From: a virus
DNA: 64,000 nt
Direction: 5' to 3' (one strand)
IMG/VR virus record: IMGVR_UViG_3300045988_132576
Coordinates: 62,908-126,907 of that record
Notes under the pieces: generated by a model
What the model was told of the DNA's origin: nothing
What the model saw: only the letters and a program-made list of their open reading frames with translations
The model's database searches: none
Position numbers and translations under genes: made by a program
In this document: one piece after another, positions 48,645 through 59,552 of the stretch
How the letters are laid out: each line of letters starts with the position of its first letter
Position numbering within the stretch: the first letter of the stretch is position 1

Positions 48645-49163
48645 TTACTTTGAAGTTGAACCAAATCCTCCGAGGCGATCACCAGAAGCATTATCATCTT
48701 CGGTGATTAAATAAGGTTTAATAATACCTTGACCAATAACATCCCCTTTATAAAGCTGGATATCAAAAGGAGATAAATTAATCATTTGAAAATAAATATG
48801 TCCTTCATTGTCAGGATTATTATAATAGTCTGCGTCAATAATCCCTACACCATTAGCAAGAATAAGCCAATACTTTAAAGGACAAGAACTGCGAACTGAC
48901 AATTCAAGATATGTATTATCATTTAATTCACATTTAATTCCAGTAGGCACAAGAGTTGGTTTTGCTTTAAGATTTTTTGTCATATTACTCATATCTTCAA
49001 GAGAAATTGAATCAGAATAATGGGTTGGAAATCTATTTAACAAATTTTTATATGCTGGAATTACAATATCTTCCGCCACTGTAAAATCATAGCCCGCGGA
49101 TTTCGCTGTTTTTCTTACGGGCAAAACCGCGTCTGGATATTTACTTACTCGTTCAAACTTCAT
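48645..49163 (-). CDS. dut: dUTPase / dCTP-deaminase family
   Basis: Motifs SAGYDF and GVGIIDADY. TAG-free. Confidence 0.65.
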   Translation of the reverse strand: MKFERVSKYPDAVLPVRKTAKSAGYDFTVAEDIVIPAYKNLLNRFPTHYSDSISLEDMSNMTKNLKAKPTLVPTGIKCELNDNTYLELSVRSSCPLKYWLILANGVGIIDADYYNNPDNEGHIYFQMINLSPFDIQLYKGDVIGQGIIKPYLITEDDNASGDRLGGFGSTSK

Positions 49164-49411
49164 TAAAAGCTTACCTCATAATTTACATCAATATTACTAA
49201 TAGGATCTTTTTCATCATTGAATTTTTTAACAAGAGTGACTTGATACCATTCATCAACAATTTCACCCTTGGCCTTTTTTTCTTTCTTTACTGAACTATA
49301 CTTAGCTAAAATATATTTAGTTTCAGCCTTAGCCTCGTCAATAAGCGCGGCCGCGCTTTCCTCATTATCTACACGATAAACTTCTGTAGCACTTACAAGA
49401 TACTTATTCAT
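49163..49411 (-). CDS. hypothetical (82 aa)
   Basis: Track ORF. TAA stop. Overlap-coupled to dut. Confidence 0.4.
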   Translation of the reverse strand: MNKYLVSATEVYRVDNEESAAALIDEAKAETKYILAKYSSVKKEKKAKGEIVDEWYQVTLVKKFNDEKDPISNIDVNYEVSF

Positions 49412-49671
49412 TAACCTACCTCAACTTTAATTTCTTTTCTATTGGAATAATTTAAACTATTACTTTCATAAATTTTTGGAATTAATTCATTAATAAAATC
49501 TTCAATACCATATAAACGTATAGTATCAGTATCATTCTTATAACAAGATGCTACTAAAACATTTGGAAGATCAGAAATACTACAAGTTCCAATACTTACT
49601 GCCATTCCATCATCATAAGTTTTAAAAACATTTTGTTCCATTGAAAATAAATTAATATTACAAACAATCAT
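49411..49671 (-). CDS. hypothetical (86 aa)
   Basis: Track ORF. TAA stop. Confidence 0.4.
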   Translation of the reverse strand: MIVCNINLFSMEQNVFKTYDDGMAVSIGTCSISDLPNVLVASCYKNDTDTIRLYGIEDFINELIPKIYESNSLNYSNRKEIKVEVG

Positions 49672-50205
49672 TTAATTACACTCCACAATACCAGCATCAT
49701 ATTGGAATAAATAAAAACAATAAGATTCATTGCCAATATTTATCCAAATTTCAATAGCACCATTATTATTTTTTTCCCAGCCAACAATACTTCCTAATTC
49801 TTGACAAAGTATAATTACCATACTCGCTAAAGAACCAGTTGAAATAATTGGAGGAGTATTTTTGTGAAAAATGGTATAATAATTATAATCTTTACATAAT
49901 AACATATAATACATTCCATATTCACTCATTTCATTAATACTACTCATTAATTTATTTAATTCTTCTTCATTAATTGGATCCATTTGTATCATAATATTTT
50001 TATTAAAATCATATAAATTCATCCCAGTTTGAAATGTAGTAGAATTATCTGATAAATTATTAGTAGTAGTTCCTACCATTACCCATTCATTTCCAGTATA
50101 GCAATATTGTTTTTGATCTTCACCAGAAATGGCAATAGTTCCTTCTTCGAATTTACGAGGAGAATTATATAATTCTCCTATCGTATTAGTATAAAAAACA
50201 TTCAT
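49672..50205 (-). CDS. hypothetical (177 aa)
   Basis: Track ORF. AGGAG RBS. Confidence 0.45.
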   Translation of the reverse strand: MNVFYTNTIGELYNSPRKFEEGTIAISGEDQKQYCYTGNEWVMVGTTTNNLSDNSTTFQTGMNLYDFNKNIMIQMDPINEEELNKLMSSINEMSEYGMYYMLLCKDYNYYTIFHKNTPPIISTGSLASMVIILCQELGSIVGWEKNNNGAIEIWINIGNESYCFYLFQYDAGIVECN

Positions 50206-50286
50206 TGTTATATAATCTCCTATCTATTTCATAGAAAAATTATATCACAAATTTTCTTTTTTGTCAAGTTTTAAATTAATAATATT

Positions 50287-50739
50287 CTAATTGCGGGAAC
50301 CGCGCAAAGGCAAAGTGATATCTCTTTCCTTTTGGATATATGGTCCATCAATTAGATAATCAGCAGTTTTTAATATATTCTTAATTCTAATATTATTACT
50401 ATTCTTCAAATCATCATAAACATATCCAGTCCATACATATATTTTAATATTTGGATATATTTTTTTAATTTCAGTAATAACTAAATTAGTTAAAAATTCA
50501 TTTTCAGGGCAGAGAGGCTCTCCACCCATAATACAAAGATTACGCTCAACATTATTCGCATTAATGGCAGTAATTAATTCATCTAATACTTTATTAGTAA
50601 ATTCTTTCCCACCATTAAAATCCCACGTTTCGGGGTTTTGGCATCCTTCACAATGGTGCGGACACCCTTGTGTAAAAAATGATACACATACTCCGGGTGC
50701 CGCCGCCAAATCATTCTTTATAATTCCTGCATATTTCAT
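50287..50739 (-). CDS. nrdG: anaerobic ribonucleotide reductase activating protein (radical SAM)
   Basis: CPHHCEGC motif. The ORF ends at TAG; read-through adds 14 codons before a TGA at about 50245. Confidence 0.7.
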   Translation of the reverse strand: MKYAGIIKNDLAAAPGVCVSFFTQGCPHHCEGCQNPETWDFNGGKEFTNKVLDELITAINANNVERNLCIMGGEPLCPENEFLTNLVITEIKKIYPNIKIYVWTGYVYDDLKNSNNIRIKNILKTADYLIDGPYIQKERDITLPLRGSRN

Positions 50740-51146
50740 ATATCCTTTATTTCCTCCACTTCTAAATCTAAATCATTAACGTCATCTTCATCATCAGTTT
50801 CAATATAATAAGCAGAACACTAACAATTAGTATGGTAAGGAGGAAGAGGAATATCTTCTCCTGCCGGATACTCTCCATCCCATTCACTGCATAGATCACC
50901 ACAAGTCCCTGATTCAATTACGAGTATTGAAGCTACGGGTTTTATTTTCATTTCCATTAAATGAGTGAATAAATATTTACTTTCATTATTTAATAGACGA
51001 GAATACATATTAACACTAAAACTTTTTAAATTATCTGGAAAATCACCAGATAGTCTTTTTTCTTCTAAGTCATCTAAATATTTAATAATCCGCTCATCTA
51101 ATGTTTTTCCATCTTCTTGAAAAGTTAAATTTGCGATATTCTGCAA
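50736..51146 (-). CDS. Cys-rich hypothetical protein (…GTCGDLCSEW…HTNCQC…); 5' end uncertain
   Basis: Track ORF 50820..51146 (TTG) read through TAG to a TGA that overlaps the nrdG ATG (ATGA). Confidence 0.4.
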
Positions 51147-51682
51147 ATTAAATGGAGCTACTTTTGTGTAAATTTTTCCTAATTCTATATTAATCTCTGA
51201 ATAAAGATTTTCTAAAGCCTTATAAAATAAATTTATTAGAATAGTTTGATGTTCTTCTGTATTAATTTTTTCATCATTAGCTATCCAAGAAAATATTATT
51301 TTTATAATTGCTTCTAATTCCGAATCAATTTTTTTATTTAATACTTCTGTAGCTTTTTCTAATTTATTTTTTATTTTCTAATGCTTCCTTAAAGGTTTTT
51401 TAGAATAATTCATTCCATAACCTCCCAAGAGCAACAATATAAACTACAATAAGGAATAATTATTGTTTTTAATATTTCTTCGTTATTATAATTTTTAGAT
51501 ATTTTTATTTTATAAAATCTATAACCCCTGGTATTCTAAGTTATAGGTAACCATATCCATCGCTCATTATTTTCTTGCCATTCTATACGAGTTTTTGATA
51601 TCCTGATTGGTATAATATTATTTTTATCTAAATAATTATAAACTTCTTGAGAATTATCAGTTATATAAGCACATATTACTAT

Positions 51683-51721
51683 CTAATTAGAACAAGGATA
51701 CTTTCGTCCTTGTTTCTAATT
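51683..51721 (-). other. strong stem-loop 3' of nrdD
   Basis: CTAATTAGAACAAGGA…TCCTTGTTTCTAATT. No clean U-run follows. Confidence 0.4.
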
Positions 51722-51753
51722 AAAATAGTTTGCTAAATCATAAATTGAATGTA

Positions 51754-53991
51754 TCATTCCATCTACCCTGTATGTTTTACTCTTGCTTCAACTTCTTTTT
51801 GTTTGCCCCAATTGAAAGCAGTTTTATAATTACCTGTAAGATAACCAGTTACACGACGCAATTGTTGGATATTATGACTTCCGCACTCAGGGCAAGAATC
51901 ATTAAATTCATCACAATAACCACATTCAAGGCAAGTGTCATTAGGAACATTTACAGCGAAATAAGGAATATCGTGATCCATCGCATAATTGACGATAGTT
52001 TCAAGAGCATCAATATTATGTTTTACAGTAGAATCTAATTCTACATATGTAATACATCCAGCAGAAGAATAACCTGTCAACTGACTTTCAATATCAATTT
52101 TGTCAAAGGGAGAAATTTTCTTCCATACGGGAACATGAATACTATTAGTGAAAAATTCTTTATCAGAAACATTAGGTATAATGCCATATTTTTCTTTGAA
52201 TTTTGTCATAGCAGTATAGCAAAGATTTTCTGCAGGAGTATAGTATACACCAAAATTTAATTTATATTTTTCTTTATATTCAGCGCATCTATCTTTGAAA
52301 CGTTTTTCAATCTTTTTAGCAATTTTCATACCGTATTCTGTGGTATGATCTTCTCCAATGAGAATTTGAAGAGTTTCTGCAAGACCAATCTAACCAATAG
52401 CAAGAGTTCCGTGTTTAAGAGCGGAACGAATTCCTTCTTCTGGAACATAACCTGCCATAACATTATTTTCATACATAAATCTCGCAGATCCAGGATCTTG
52501 AGAACAAATCCATTCAAAACGTTCCATTAATTGAATACGTGCTTCATTGATTTTTCTATCAAGTAAAGCTAAGAAAACAGAGACAATATCTTCTTCTTGT
52601 CCTTCTTTCTAACATTCTTCTTTTGCCATCATCGCTAGAGTAGGAAGAATAATAGTAACAGGGCAAATATTTCCTCTGCCATCTTTCAATTGACCGAAAC
52701 CATTAATATCATATCCATTGGCTGTTCTACATCCCATCGTAGAAAAGTAGGTACGGGGGTCATTGATGTCATATCCTGCGTTTCCAGACCAATCGACATT
52801 AGCATAATTTGGGTACAATCTTGTGGCGGTTGAACGTAATGCGAGTTTAAATAAATCGTAATTTGGGTCTCTTTCTTCACGGTTAACTCCTTTCATGCAT
52901 TGGAAAATTCCACAAGGAAAAATTGAAGTTTTATGCAATTTACCAAGACCTTCAATAGAAACATCTAATAATGCTTTAGTTACCATTCTACCTTCTGGTA
53001 AGGTGCAAGTGCCATAATTAATACTCGTAAATGGTAATTGGTTACCGCTACGAGACTGTAAAGTATTAAGATTATGGTAAAGGCCTTCCGCAGCTTGATG
53101 AGTTTCACGAATAGTCATTTTCATAGCATATTTATATGCCTTCGGAAATGATTTATAAAAATCATCTTCAATAGGAGTTTTTTTACTATAACAACCATCA
53201 TATTTACTCATATCTAATCCTTCATATAAAAATTCAATACCATCATTGAAATGTTTAAAGAAAGATTTTCTTACATAGGGAACCATAGTCCAGTCTAAAT
53301 GAGTGGCACTAACTCCACCAAATTGACAAAGGCTTTGAATTTGGAAAATAACAGCGATTAATTGAAATGCTGTATTAATTGAGCCCGCAGGACGGACATC
53401 AGCTTGACGAGTATTAAATCCATTGGCGAGTAAATCATCAAAGGGAACACTTAAACAATTGTGAGAACCAACATAATAAGAATCAAGATCATGAGTATAA
53501 ATAATATTATCAATATGATTCTTACGAGCCATAGGTGAAAGTAAATAATCAAGCGCAAGTTGTTTGGTAACAACACTACTTGCTTCACCAGTGCGACCGC
53601 CGAATGAATGTTCGTCAACATTAGCATTTTGATTCTTTACATTATTGCCATCGAGCTTTTCACGAATTGCTTTAATAAAATCATCTTTTTTATTACGAGC
53701 GACTTCTTTCTTATATCTATATCTGATATAAGCACGAGCAACATCGCGTCGCTCAGAACGCATTAAATAATCTTCAATCCAATCTTGAAGATCTTCTACT
53801 CCAACGCTTCCATCAGGGAAATGATTTATTTGTCTTTCAATGTCTTCTGCTATATCTTTTGCAGTATCATCTTCATATAGTTTACCATCAACTTCAATAA
53901 ATGCTTTATTTATTGCGTTAATAATTTTCTTTTTATTAAATTGAGTTATACTTCCATCACGTTTAATAATATACAATTTTTTTGCCTCCAA
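51754..53991 (-). CDS. nrdD: anaerobic ribonucleoside-triphosphate reductase (745 aa, 3 in-frame TAG)
   Basis: Track ORFs 52609..53991 and 51763..52329 are in the same frame. N-terminal ATP-cone and a C-terminal glycyl-radical region (…RVTGYL…, CxxC…CxxC). The interruptions are TAG at 52609 and 52390; TGA stop. Confidence 0.8.
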
Positions 53992-53994
53992 ACT

Positions 53995-54031
53995 AAATAT
54001 AGTAGTTCTTTTAGAATATTCTACTATATTT
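53995..54031 (-). other. 11-bp perfect hairpin between kinase gene and nrdD
   Basis: AAATATAGTAG … CTACTATATTT. Confidence 0.35.
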
Positions 54032-54050
54032 AGGTTTTGTTAGTAAATAA

Positions 54051-54656
54051 TTATTTATCTTGGTCCATTTCCGCCCATTGTCTAACTTTTTGAGTTAAAA
54101 GATTAACGATATTATTATAATCTTCTAATGTTTCATTTGTTATAATATTGCATTTAATATTATCCATTAGTTGAAATTGAATTTCATCAGTGGTATATCT
54201 TCTAATTATTTCATCTACATCAGGATTTTCTTCTCTATTTAATTGCCTAATTAAGCGTGTTTTCCCTTTAGCGGTGATATAATATATCTCCAATTCAATT
54301 CTATCATCTTTAAGAAGACTTATAATTCCTTCGGGATTAAAAACACCAATATTAATTTTACTATCAGATAAACTGTCAATACTTGTGCCATAATACCAAT
54401 TATTAAAACAAGTAGTTTCTAACATTTTATTTTCATCAATTAAAGTTAAAAATTGATCATTCGAAACAAAATGATAATTTTTATCTGCTACTTCTTTTTC
54501 ACGCTTTGGGCGCGTAGTATGGCTTATAATAGGATTTAAATATTCTTTCAAATGGGAAAAGGTAGCCATCATTAGGCTATCTTTTCCTGCACCAGATTTT
54601 CCACATAATGCAATAATTTTATACATCTTCTTCAATTCCTCCTTGATAACGGGCAT
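54051..54656 (-). CDS. guanylate kinase-like nucleotide kinase
   Basis: P-loop CGKSGAGKDS and …SHTTRPKREKEV..NYHFVS… (Gmk signature). TAG-free. Confidence 0.55.
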   Translation of the reverse strand: MPVIKEELKKMYKIIALCGKSGAGKDSLMMATFSHLKEYLNPIISHTTRPKREKEVADKNYHFVSNDQFLTLIDENKMLETTCFNNWYYGTSIDSLSDSKINIGVFNPEGIISLLKDDRIELEIYYITAKGKTRLIRQLNREENPDVDEIIRRYTTDEIQFQLMDNIKCNIITNETLEDYNNIVNLLTQKVRQWAEMDQDK

Positions 54657-57600
54657 CTTTTAAAACTAAATCGCCATTGGATAAAATTTCATCAATTTTA
54701 TATAATTGATGTCCTCCAGAAGAAGCATATTTTTTTGACATAAAATTATCTCCATTACGAATTCCAGAGACTACAATCATATTTCCGCGGTTAAACCAAG
54801 ATTTTTCAACAATATGTTTGGTTCCATCTGCACCACGCTCTGAAATTTGTTTATCAAATAAACTAAAATATTCTTTTCTAAACTTTACTTCTACAGGACC
54901 AGTAGTAGTAAGGATAGTTACAGTGCTTTTAGTTTTATTTTTTGCTATACAAGTTCCGCAAATTTTAAACAATTTATAAATATGAATAGTATGATTTCCT
55001 TTAGTAAAACTTCTATCAATTATTGGATCTTCTGGAAGCTTAAAGAAATCTACAAATCCGTATTTATCATTGTTAATATTATTCAATTCATGGGTATGGT
55101 AATAATAACAAAGGACTTCCATTTCCCAAGCAGATAAATTATTTTTATTAGCATATTTATCCCAATCATCTTTAAATATTTTCATATTTAGATTATCCAA
55201 AATTTCATCTTTGTTATTAGCAATCCAAGCGCGAAATACATCCATCCACTTTTGGTATATACTATTCCAAATATTTTCACTTAAATAATAATTGGTGCCA
55301 TCAAATTGAATATTATTATCTTCTCCAATTTCTACTAAAAAATTAATTGCTCGTTCATCAAGTTGATATAAACTGTTATTTTTCGCAGTTTTACAAATTG
55401 CTTTTAAATATCTGTTAAATTCATAAATACGGCGAGCCATAATTTGATTTTCATTTTCTTCTGGAAGAAGATCATACTTCATAAGTCCGCCCATATTTTG
55501 AAGAGTAATTCTTTTCTTTTTATCGCAAGTTTCCCAAATATACCAAACCATTAATTCTTTTCTATCCATCATATTATCAAAAGCTCCGCCTTTAATAAGA
55601 GAAATCATAGCTTGTTTACCTGGCTTAATACGGTATAAAAATTCTTTAGGATTTGAATAAGGACGATTAGCAATGATTGTATTAACTAATTCATCACCAA
55701 CATTCAACATACCTTTTAATCCAAAAAGGATTTTATTATTTTCAATATCAGGAGCAAATCCAAATTTAGATTTGTTAATATCAGGAAGGCCTACTTCAAT
55801 TCCTGCTTTTTGAATATCACTAATGGCTTTGGCAATTTTTCCATAGTCAGTAGCCGCAGTTTTGCGGATTTTACCACTTTTATCAGGAAGATCTTCAAAT
55901 GTTACTCCATTAGCTAAATCATCACCTTCAGGAGCATAAATATCTACAATCTCTTCTTTACTATTATCTTCAAGGGAACCACTATTAACAATTAAACAAG
56001 CAGTATCCCAATAAATAGGATTAAAATGAATTACTAAGTAAATCATTTGAATTGCTACAAATGAATAAGGAAGAGAATGATTAAGACTAAATGCATATCC
56101 TAATTGAGGAGCAACTGCGATTTCCCAAAAGTATTCAGCAGATTTCTCATTATCAAATTTACTAAATACTTGTTCTCTCAATTGTGGAATTTTAGCCATT
56201 TGTTTTTTAGCAACAATCTTACGCGCAGTATTAGCTTCACCAAGAGTAAAATGAGCTACATCCATAAGAATTTCCATCATTTGCTCTTGAATAGGACAAC
56301 ATCCATAATATTTATCACAATGTTTATGCATCTTATCAATTAATTCTTGAGGAAGATGCTGAGCCTTCATTTCATCATCAAATACTTTAATACCTGAATG
56401 TTGAATACGATAATATCTATCTTGCTGTGATTCTTTGCCTTTTTCAGACATAAGACGCATCATAGCATTAGCCGCTGTCATTTCCATAGGGTTTTGTGGT
56501 TTAAGACGTTTCGCGATCGCCAAACCAACTCCCGTAGAAAATTGGAATACATCTAATACATCACCAGCGGCAAGATGGTCCCAAATTGCTTGATCAGTTG
56601 TATCTATCACTTCTGGATGAATATATTTATTATAAAATTCTCGTAAAGATAATTCTGGAATCTGCTTATCTTTTAGAAGTAATTGATAACAAGTAATAAT
56701 TTTGTCAGAAGCTTCAGTTACAAGGAAATCATATTTTGTGTCTCCAGCGGCTTCCGCTTTATGAAGATCCCAACAAGTAATCATATCTCCACTAGGAGTT
56801 CTCATAAATGATGCGGTATCAAATGGGTCGTCGCCATATAAGATAACACCAGAAGCATGAGAAGAACGTTTATTAACCATTCCTTCAATATATACAATGA
56901 TATCCAAAAGACCAGGATATTGATTTACTTCTCGAATAAACGCTTGAACGGGTTTACGATCTTTTTCCTCATTACCATAAATAACATCATGGATAGGCCA
57001 TAAAAATCCACGCTCTTGAGGAATTAACGAAGACATGTATTGAGCATTATCAACATCAATTCCTTCTGGAAATTCTTCACTTCTATACCCACGGCAAGCG
57101 GTTAAAATACTTTGTTTAGTGCCTTCAGTTCCGAATGTAGCAACTTGAACTAGACCTAATTCTCCACGTTCTTTTCTAATTGCTTCAAAAATCGCGGGAC
57201 GTTTACTTGGGGCAAGGTCAATATCAATATCAGGTAATTCCGCGCGCTCCTTATTTAAAAATCTCCAATAAGGAAGTCCCCAACGAATTGGATCTAATTG
57301 AGTAATACCTAAAAGATAATTAGATAAAAAGCCAGTTGCAGAACCTCGCCCGGGGCCTACGATACTTCCACATTCCCAAAATAAATTAATATAATGTTGG
57401 AAAGTATTAAAATAAGCAAAAAGACAGTCATCTAATTTTTCGCCAATATCTTTTATGATATCAGCTTCAATTTCAAGTCGCTCTAAATAATTTTTATTAT
57501 CATAAAGTTGCTTTTCTTGTAAAGCTTTAATACATTCATTTACCCAATATCGTTCTTGAATATTGTCGCTATCAATTAAAGAACAGATAATTGGATATTT

Positions 57601-58632
57601 ATCAAACCAATTTGAAGGAATGAATCCTTTCTTATAATCCTTTACTTCAACTTTTGGAATAATTTGTTTTCTTTCTAATGAATAAAAAGAAATTTTATTT
57701 TGAATCTCTTGAGTGTTATCAAGAATCCAATTTATCAATTCTTTCCCTGTTTTATTATCTTTATCCCAATCATTAGCATAAGGTTCCATTAATTCAAAAA
57801 TTTCATCACTTGTCATTAAGTAAGTAAATTTATAAAAATCATCAACCTCTCTTTCTCCTGGTTTAGAAGTAAGATATGCTTTATGAATGGGTCTATCTTC
57901 TTTAGTTAAATAATGTGCATCTGTTCCAACTACCATTTTTAAATCAAATGCTTTGGCGATTTGATAAATTTTATGATTTACAATTATTTGCTCAGCATCA
58001 GTAGATGGCGCACATTCAAGATAAAAATCATCTTTTCCAAATACTTTAATACAAAAATTGATATAATCAATTATTTGATTATAATATTTATTTTGAGTTT
58101 CAATATCTTTATTTAATTCTGCTTGGAACATTGGTAAAATACAGCTACCAAGTTCTCCACCAATACAAGCAGTTGTTGCTATAACATGTCCTTTATATTG
58201 TTCCATTACCATTTCAAGTTCACTTTTTAAAGTAGGAACTCGTTCCATACGTCTATCAACATAACTATGAATCCAAGCAATAGAACTTAATTCTCTTAAT
58301 GCTTTATGTCCGATGGCATCTTTAGCAATAAGAATAAAGTGATAATATTTTTGTCCATTATCTCTTGTATCAGTAAGATAGATTTCATTGCCAAGAGCAA
58401 TGGTAAAATCAGGATTTTCTTCTCTTAATTTTTTTGCATATTGGTTTACTTCCATGTGCGCAGAAAGACATTCATGGTCTGTAATAGTTATTCCTGATAG
58501 CCCTAACTCTATTGCTTTATCAATAAGAGCTTGTGGTCTATTAATACAATCTAATAGACGTAAATTTGAATACATTGTATGATTGTGAATCCCGAAATAT
58601 GATCTCATTCGCACATTCCTTTCATCTTTCAT
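54619..58632 (-). CDS. dnaE: DNA polymerase III alpha subunit (PHP domain), 1337 aa, TAG-free
   Basis: N-terminus …FGIHNHTMYSNLRLLD…GITITDHE… (PHP domain). Continuous standard-code ORF. Confidence 0.8.
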   Translation of the reverse strand: MKDERNVRMRSYFGIHNHTMYSNLRLLDCINRPQALIDKAIELGLSGITITDHECLSAHMEVNQYAKKLREENPDFTIALGNEIYLTDTRDNGQKYYHFILIAKDAIGHKALRELSSIAWIHSYVDRRMERVPTLKSELEMVMEQYKGHVIATTACIGGELGSCILPMFQAELNKDIETQNKYYNQIIDYINFCIKVFGKDDFYLECAPSTDAEQIIVNHKIYQIAKAFDLKMVVGTDAHYLTKEDRPIHKAYLTSKPGEREVDDFYKFTYLMTSDEIFELMEPYANDWDKDNKTGKELINWILDNTQEIQNKISFYSLERKQIIPKVEVKDYKKGFIPSNWFDKYPIICSLIDSDNIQERYWVNECIKALQEKQLYDNKNYLERLEIEADIIKDIGEKLDDCLFAYFNTFQHYINLFWECGSIVGPGRGSATGFLSNYLLGITQLDPIRWGLPYWRFLNKERAELPDIDIDLAPSKRPAIFEAIRKERGELGLVQVATFGTEGTKQSILTACRGYRSEEFPEGIDVDNAQYMSSLIPQERGFLWPIHDVIYGNEEKDRKPVQAFIREVNQYPGLLDIIVYIEGMVNKRSSHASGVILYGDDPFDTASFMRTPSGDMITCWDLHKAEAAGDTKYDFLVTEASDKIITCYQLLLKDKQIPELSLREFYNKYIHPEVIDTTDQAIWDHLAAGDVLDVFQFSTGVGLAIAKRLKPQNPMEMTAANAMMRLMSEKGKESQQDRYYRIQHSGIKVFDDEMKAQHLPQELIDKMHKHCDKYYGCCPIQEQMMEILMDVAHFTLGEANTARKIVAKKQMAKIPQLREQVFSKFDNEKSAEYFWEIAVAPQLGYAFSLNHSLPYSFVAIQMIYLVIHFNPIYWDTACLIVNSGSLEDNSKEEIVDIYAPEGDDLANGVTFEDLPDKSGKIRKTAATDYGKIAKAISDIQKAGIEVGLPDINKSKFGFAPDIENNKILFGLKGMLNVGDELVNTIIANRPYSNPKEFLYRIKPGKQAMISLIKGGAFDNMMDRKELMVWYIWETCDKKKRITLQNMGGLMKYDLLPEENENQIMARRIYEFNRYLKAICKTAKNNSLYQLDERAINFLVEIGEDNNIQFDGTNYYLSENIWNSIYQKWMDVFRAWIANNKDEILDNLNMKIFKDDWDKYANKNNLSAWEMEVLCYYYHTHELNNINNDKYGFVDFFKLPEDPIIDRSFTKGNHTIHIYKLFKICGTCIAKNKTKSTVTILTTTGPVEVKFRKEYFSLFDKQISERGADGTKHIVEKSWFNRGNMIVVSGIRNGDNFMSKKYASSGGHQLYKIDEILSNGDLVLKDARYQGGIEEDV

Positions 58633-58657
58633 TTATATTTATATATTATCATATTAT

Positions 58658-58867
58658 TTAATAAATATCAAATCGAGAGATATAATTATCGCATATACTA
58701 CGAATATCTCTTAAAAAATTAGAAAAATCTTTTGATCGAGTTGATATTTTATTTATATTATCACAAACCATAGAATTTAGCATATCTAATTCTACATTTA
58801 AGTCATGAGCAAAAAGTTCTAAATTAGAGTTTAAATCCTAAGTTAAATCCGCGTCCTTAAGAAACAT
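58658..58867 (-). CDS. small hypothetical (69 aa, one TAG)
   Basis: ATG start. Open frame under TAG=sense. TAA stop. Confidence 0.3.
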
Positions 58868-58904
58868 ATTATTTTCAAGTATAGCATTAATACTTGAATT
58901 TAAA

Positions 58905-59549
58905 TTAGATGTATTTACCATTATTTTCTTCGTCTCCTTGAATTTTAAATTCAGTATCATAAATGCTATTAAATATATCTACAATAATATAAAAAAGACA
59001 TCTTAAATGAGGTGGAATCCACTGAGGTGATAAACAAATAAATAATTCATCAGGAGTATCAATCGTTCCTAAATTGCACTCTATAATAGGAGTAGACGAA
59101 AAATTAAATTTTATATCTTCTGTATAATCAGTTGAATCTTCATTTTTAATCCAAACATAATTTTCTAATTTACCTTTTTCAGATAGATATTTTACCCAAT
59201 TTCCACAATTTAAATATTCAATTTTATTTTCAATGTCTTTATCGACGTAAGCAATATCATGATGATGGTCTATATTAATTAAAGATATAGTATCATCTAT
59301 ATTTTCATCAACATAAGTAGCAATCATTTCATGTGAAACAATAAAATGAATATTTTCTTTTTTCATACTTTTACTTAATTTTAATAAAAGTCGTAAAAGC
59401 CTTTTAAAATGGATATAATCGGGTTTAGCAAATTTTAAAATTTCAAAATGAGAACATAATGTTTCCCAATCATCAGTCGAATAATTATTGTAAAGTTGAA
59501 TACAAGGAGACATTATAATATCAAAATCTATTGATAATATTTTTTTCAT
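58905..59549 (-). CDS. hypothetical protein with DHHHD motif (possible metal-dependent phosphoesterase)
   Basis: Track ORF. TAA stop. Confidence 0.4.
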   Translation of the reverse strand: MKKILSIDFDIIMSPCIQLYNNYSTDDWETLCSHFEILKFAKPDYIHFKRLLRLLLKLSKSMKKENIHFIVSHEMIATYVDENIDDTISLINIDHHHDIAYVDKDIENKIEYLNCGNWVKYLSEKGKLENYVWIKNEDSTDYTEDIKFNFSSTPIIECNLGTIDTPDELFICLSPQWIPPHLRCLFYIIVDIFNSIYDTEFKIQGDEENNGKYI

Positions 59550-59552
59550 TTA

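Noticed and set aside
51683-51721. Hairpin after nrdD as an intrinsic terminator
   Set aside because: The stem is strong but no U-tract follows on the transcribed strand. I list it as a stem-loop only.
51763-53991. nrdD split into two ORFs might be a pseudogene, intein or programmed frameshift
   Set aside because: Both parts are in the same frame. The only interruptions are TAG codons. The same phenomenon recurs in the helicase, RuvC and every large late gene.

Recoding explains all of these at once.
54619-58632. DnaE N-terminus possibly starting at the second Met (MRSYFGIHNH…)
   Set aside because: Neither ATG has a recognisable SD. I kept the longer ORF from the track. This does not affect the call.
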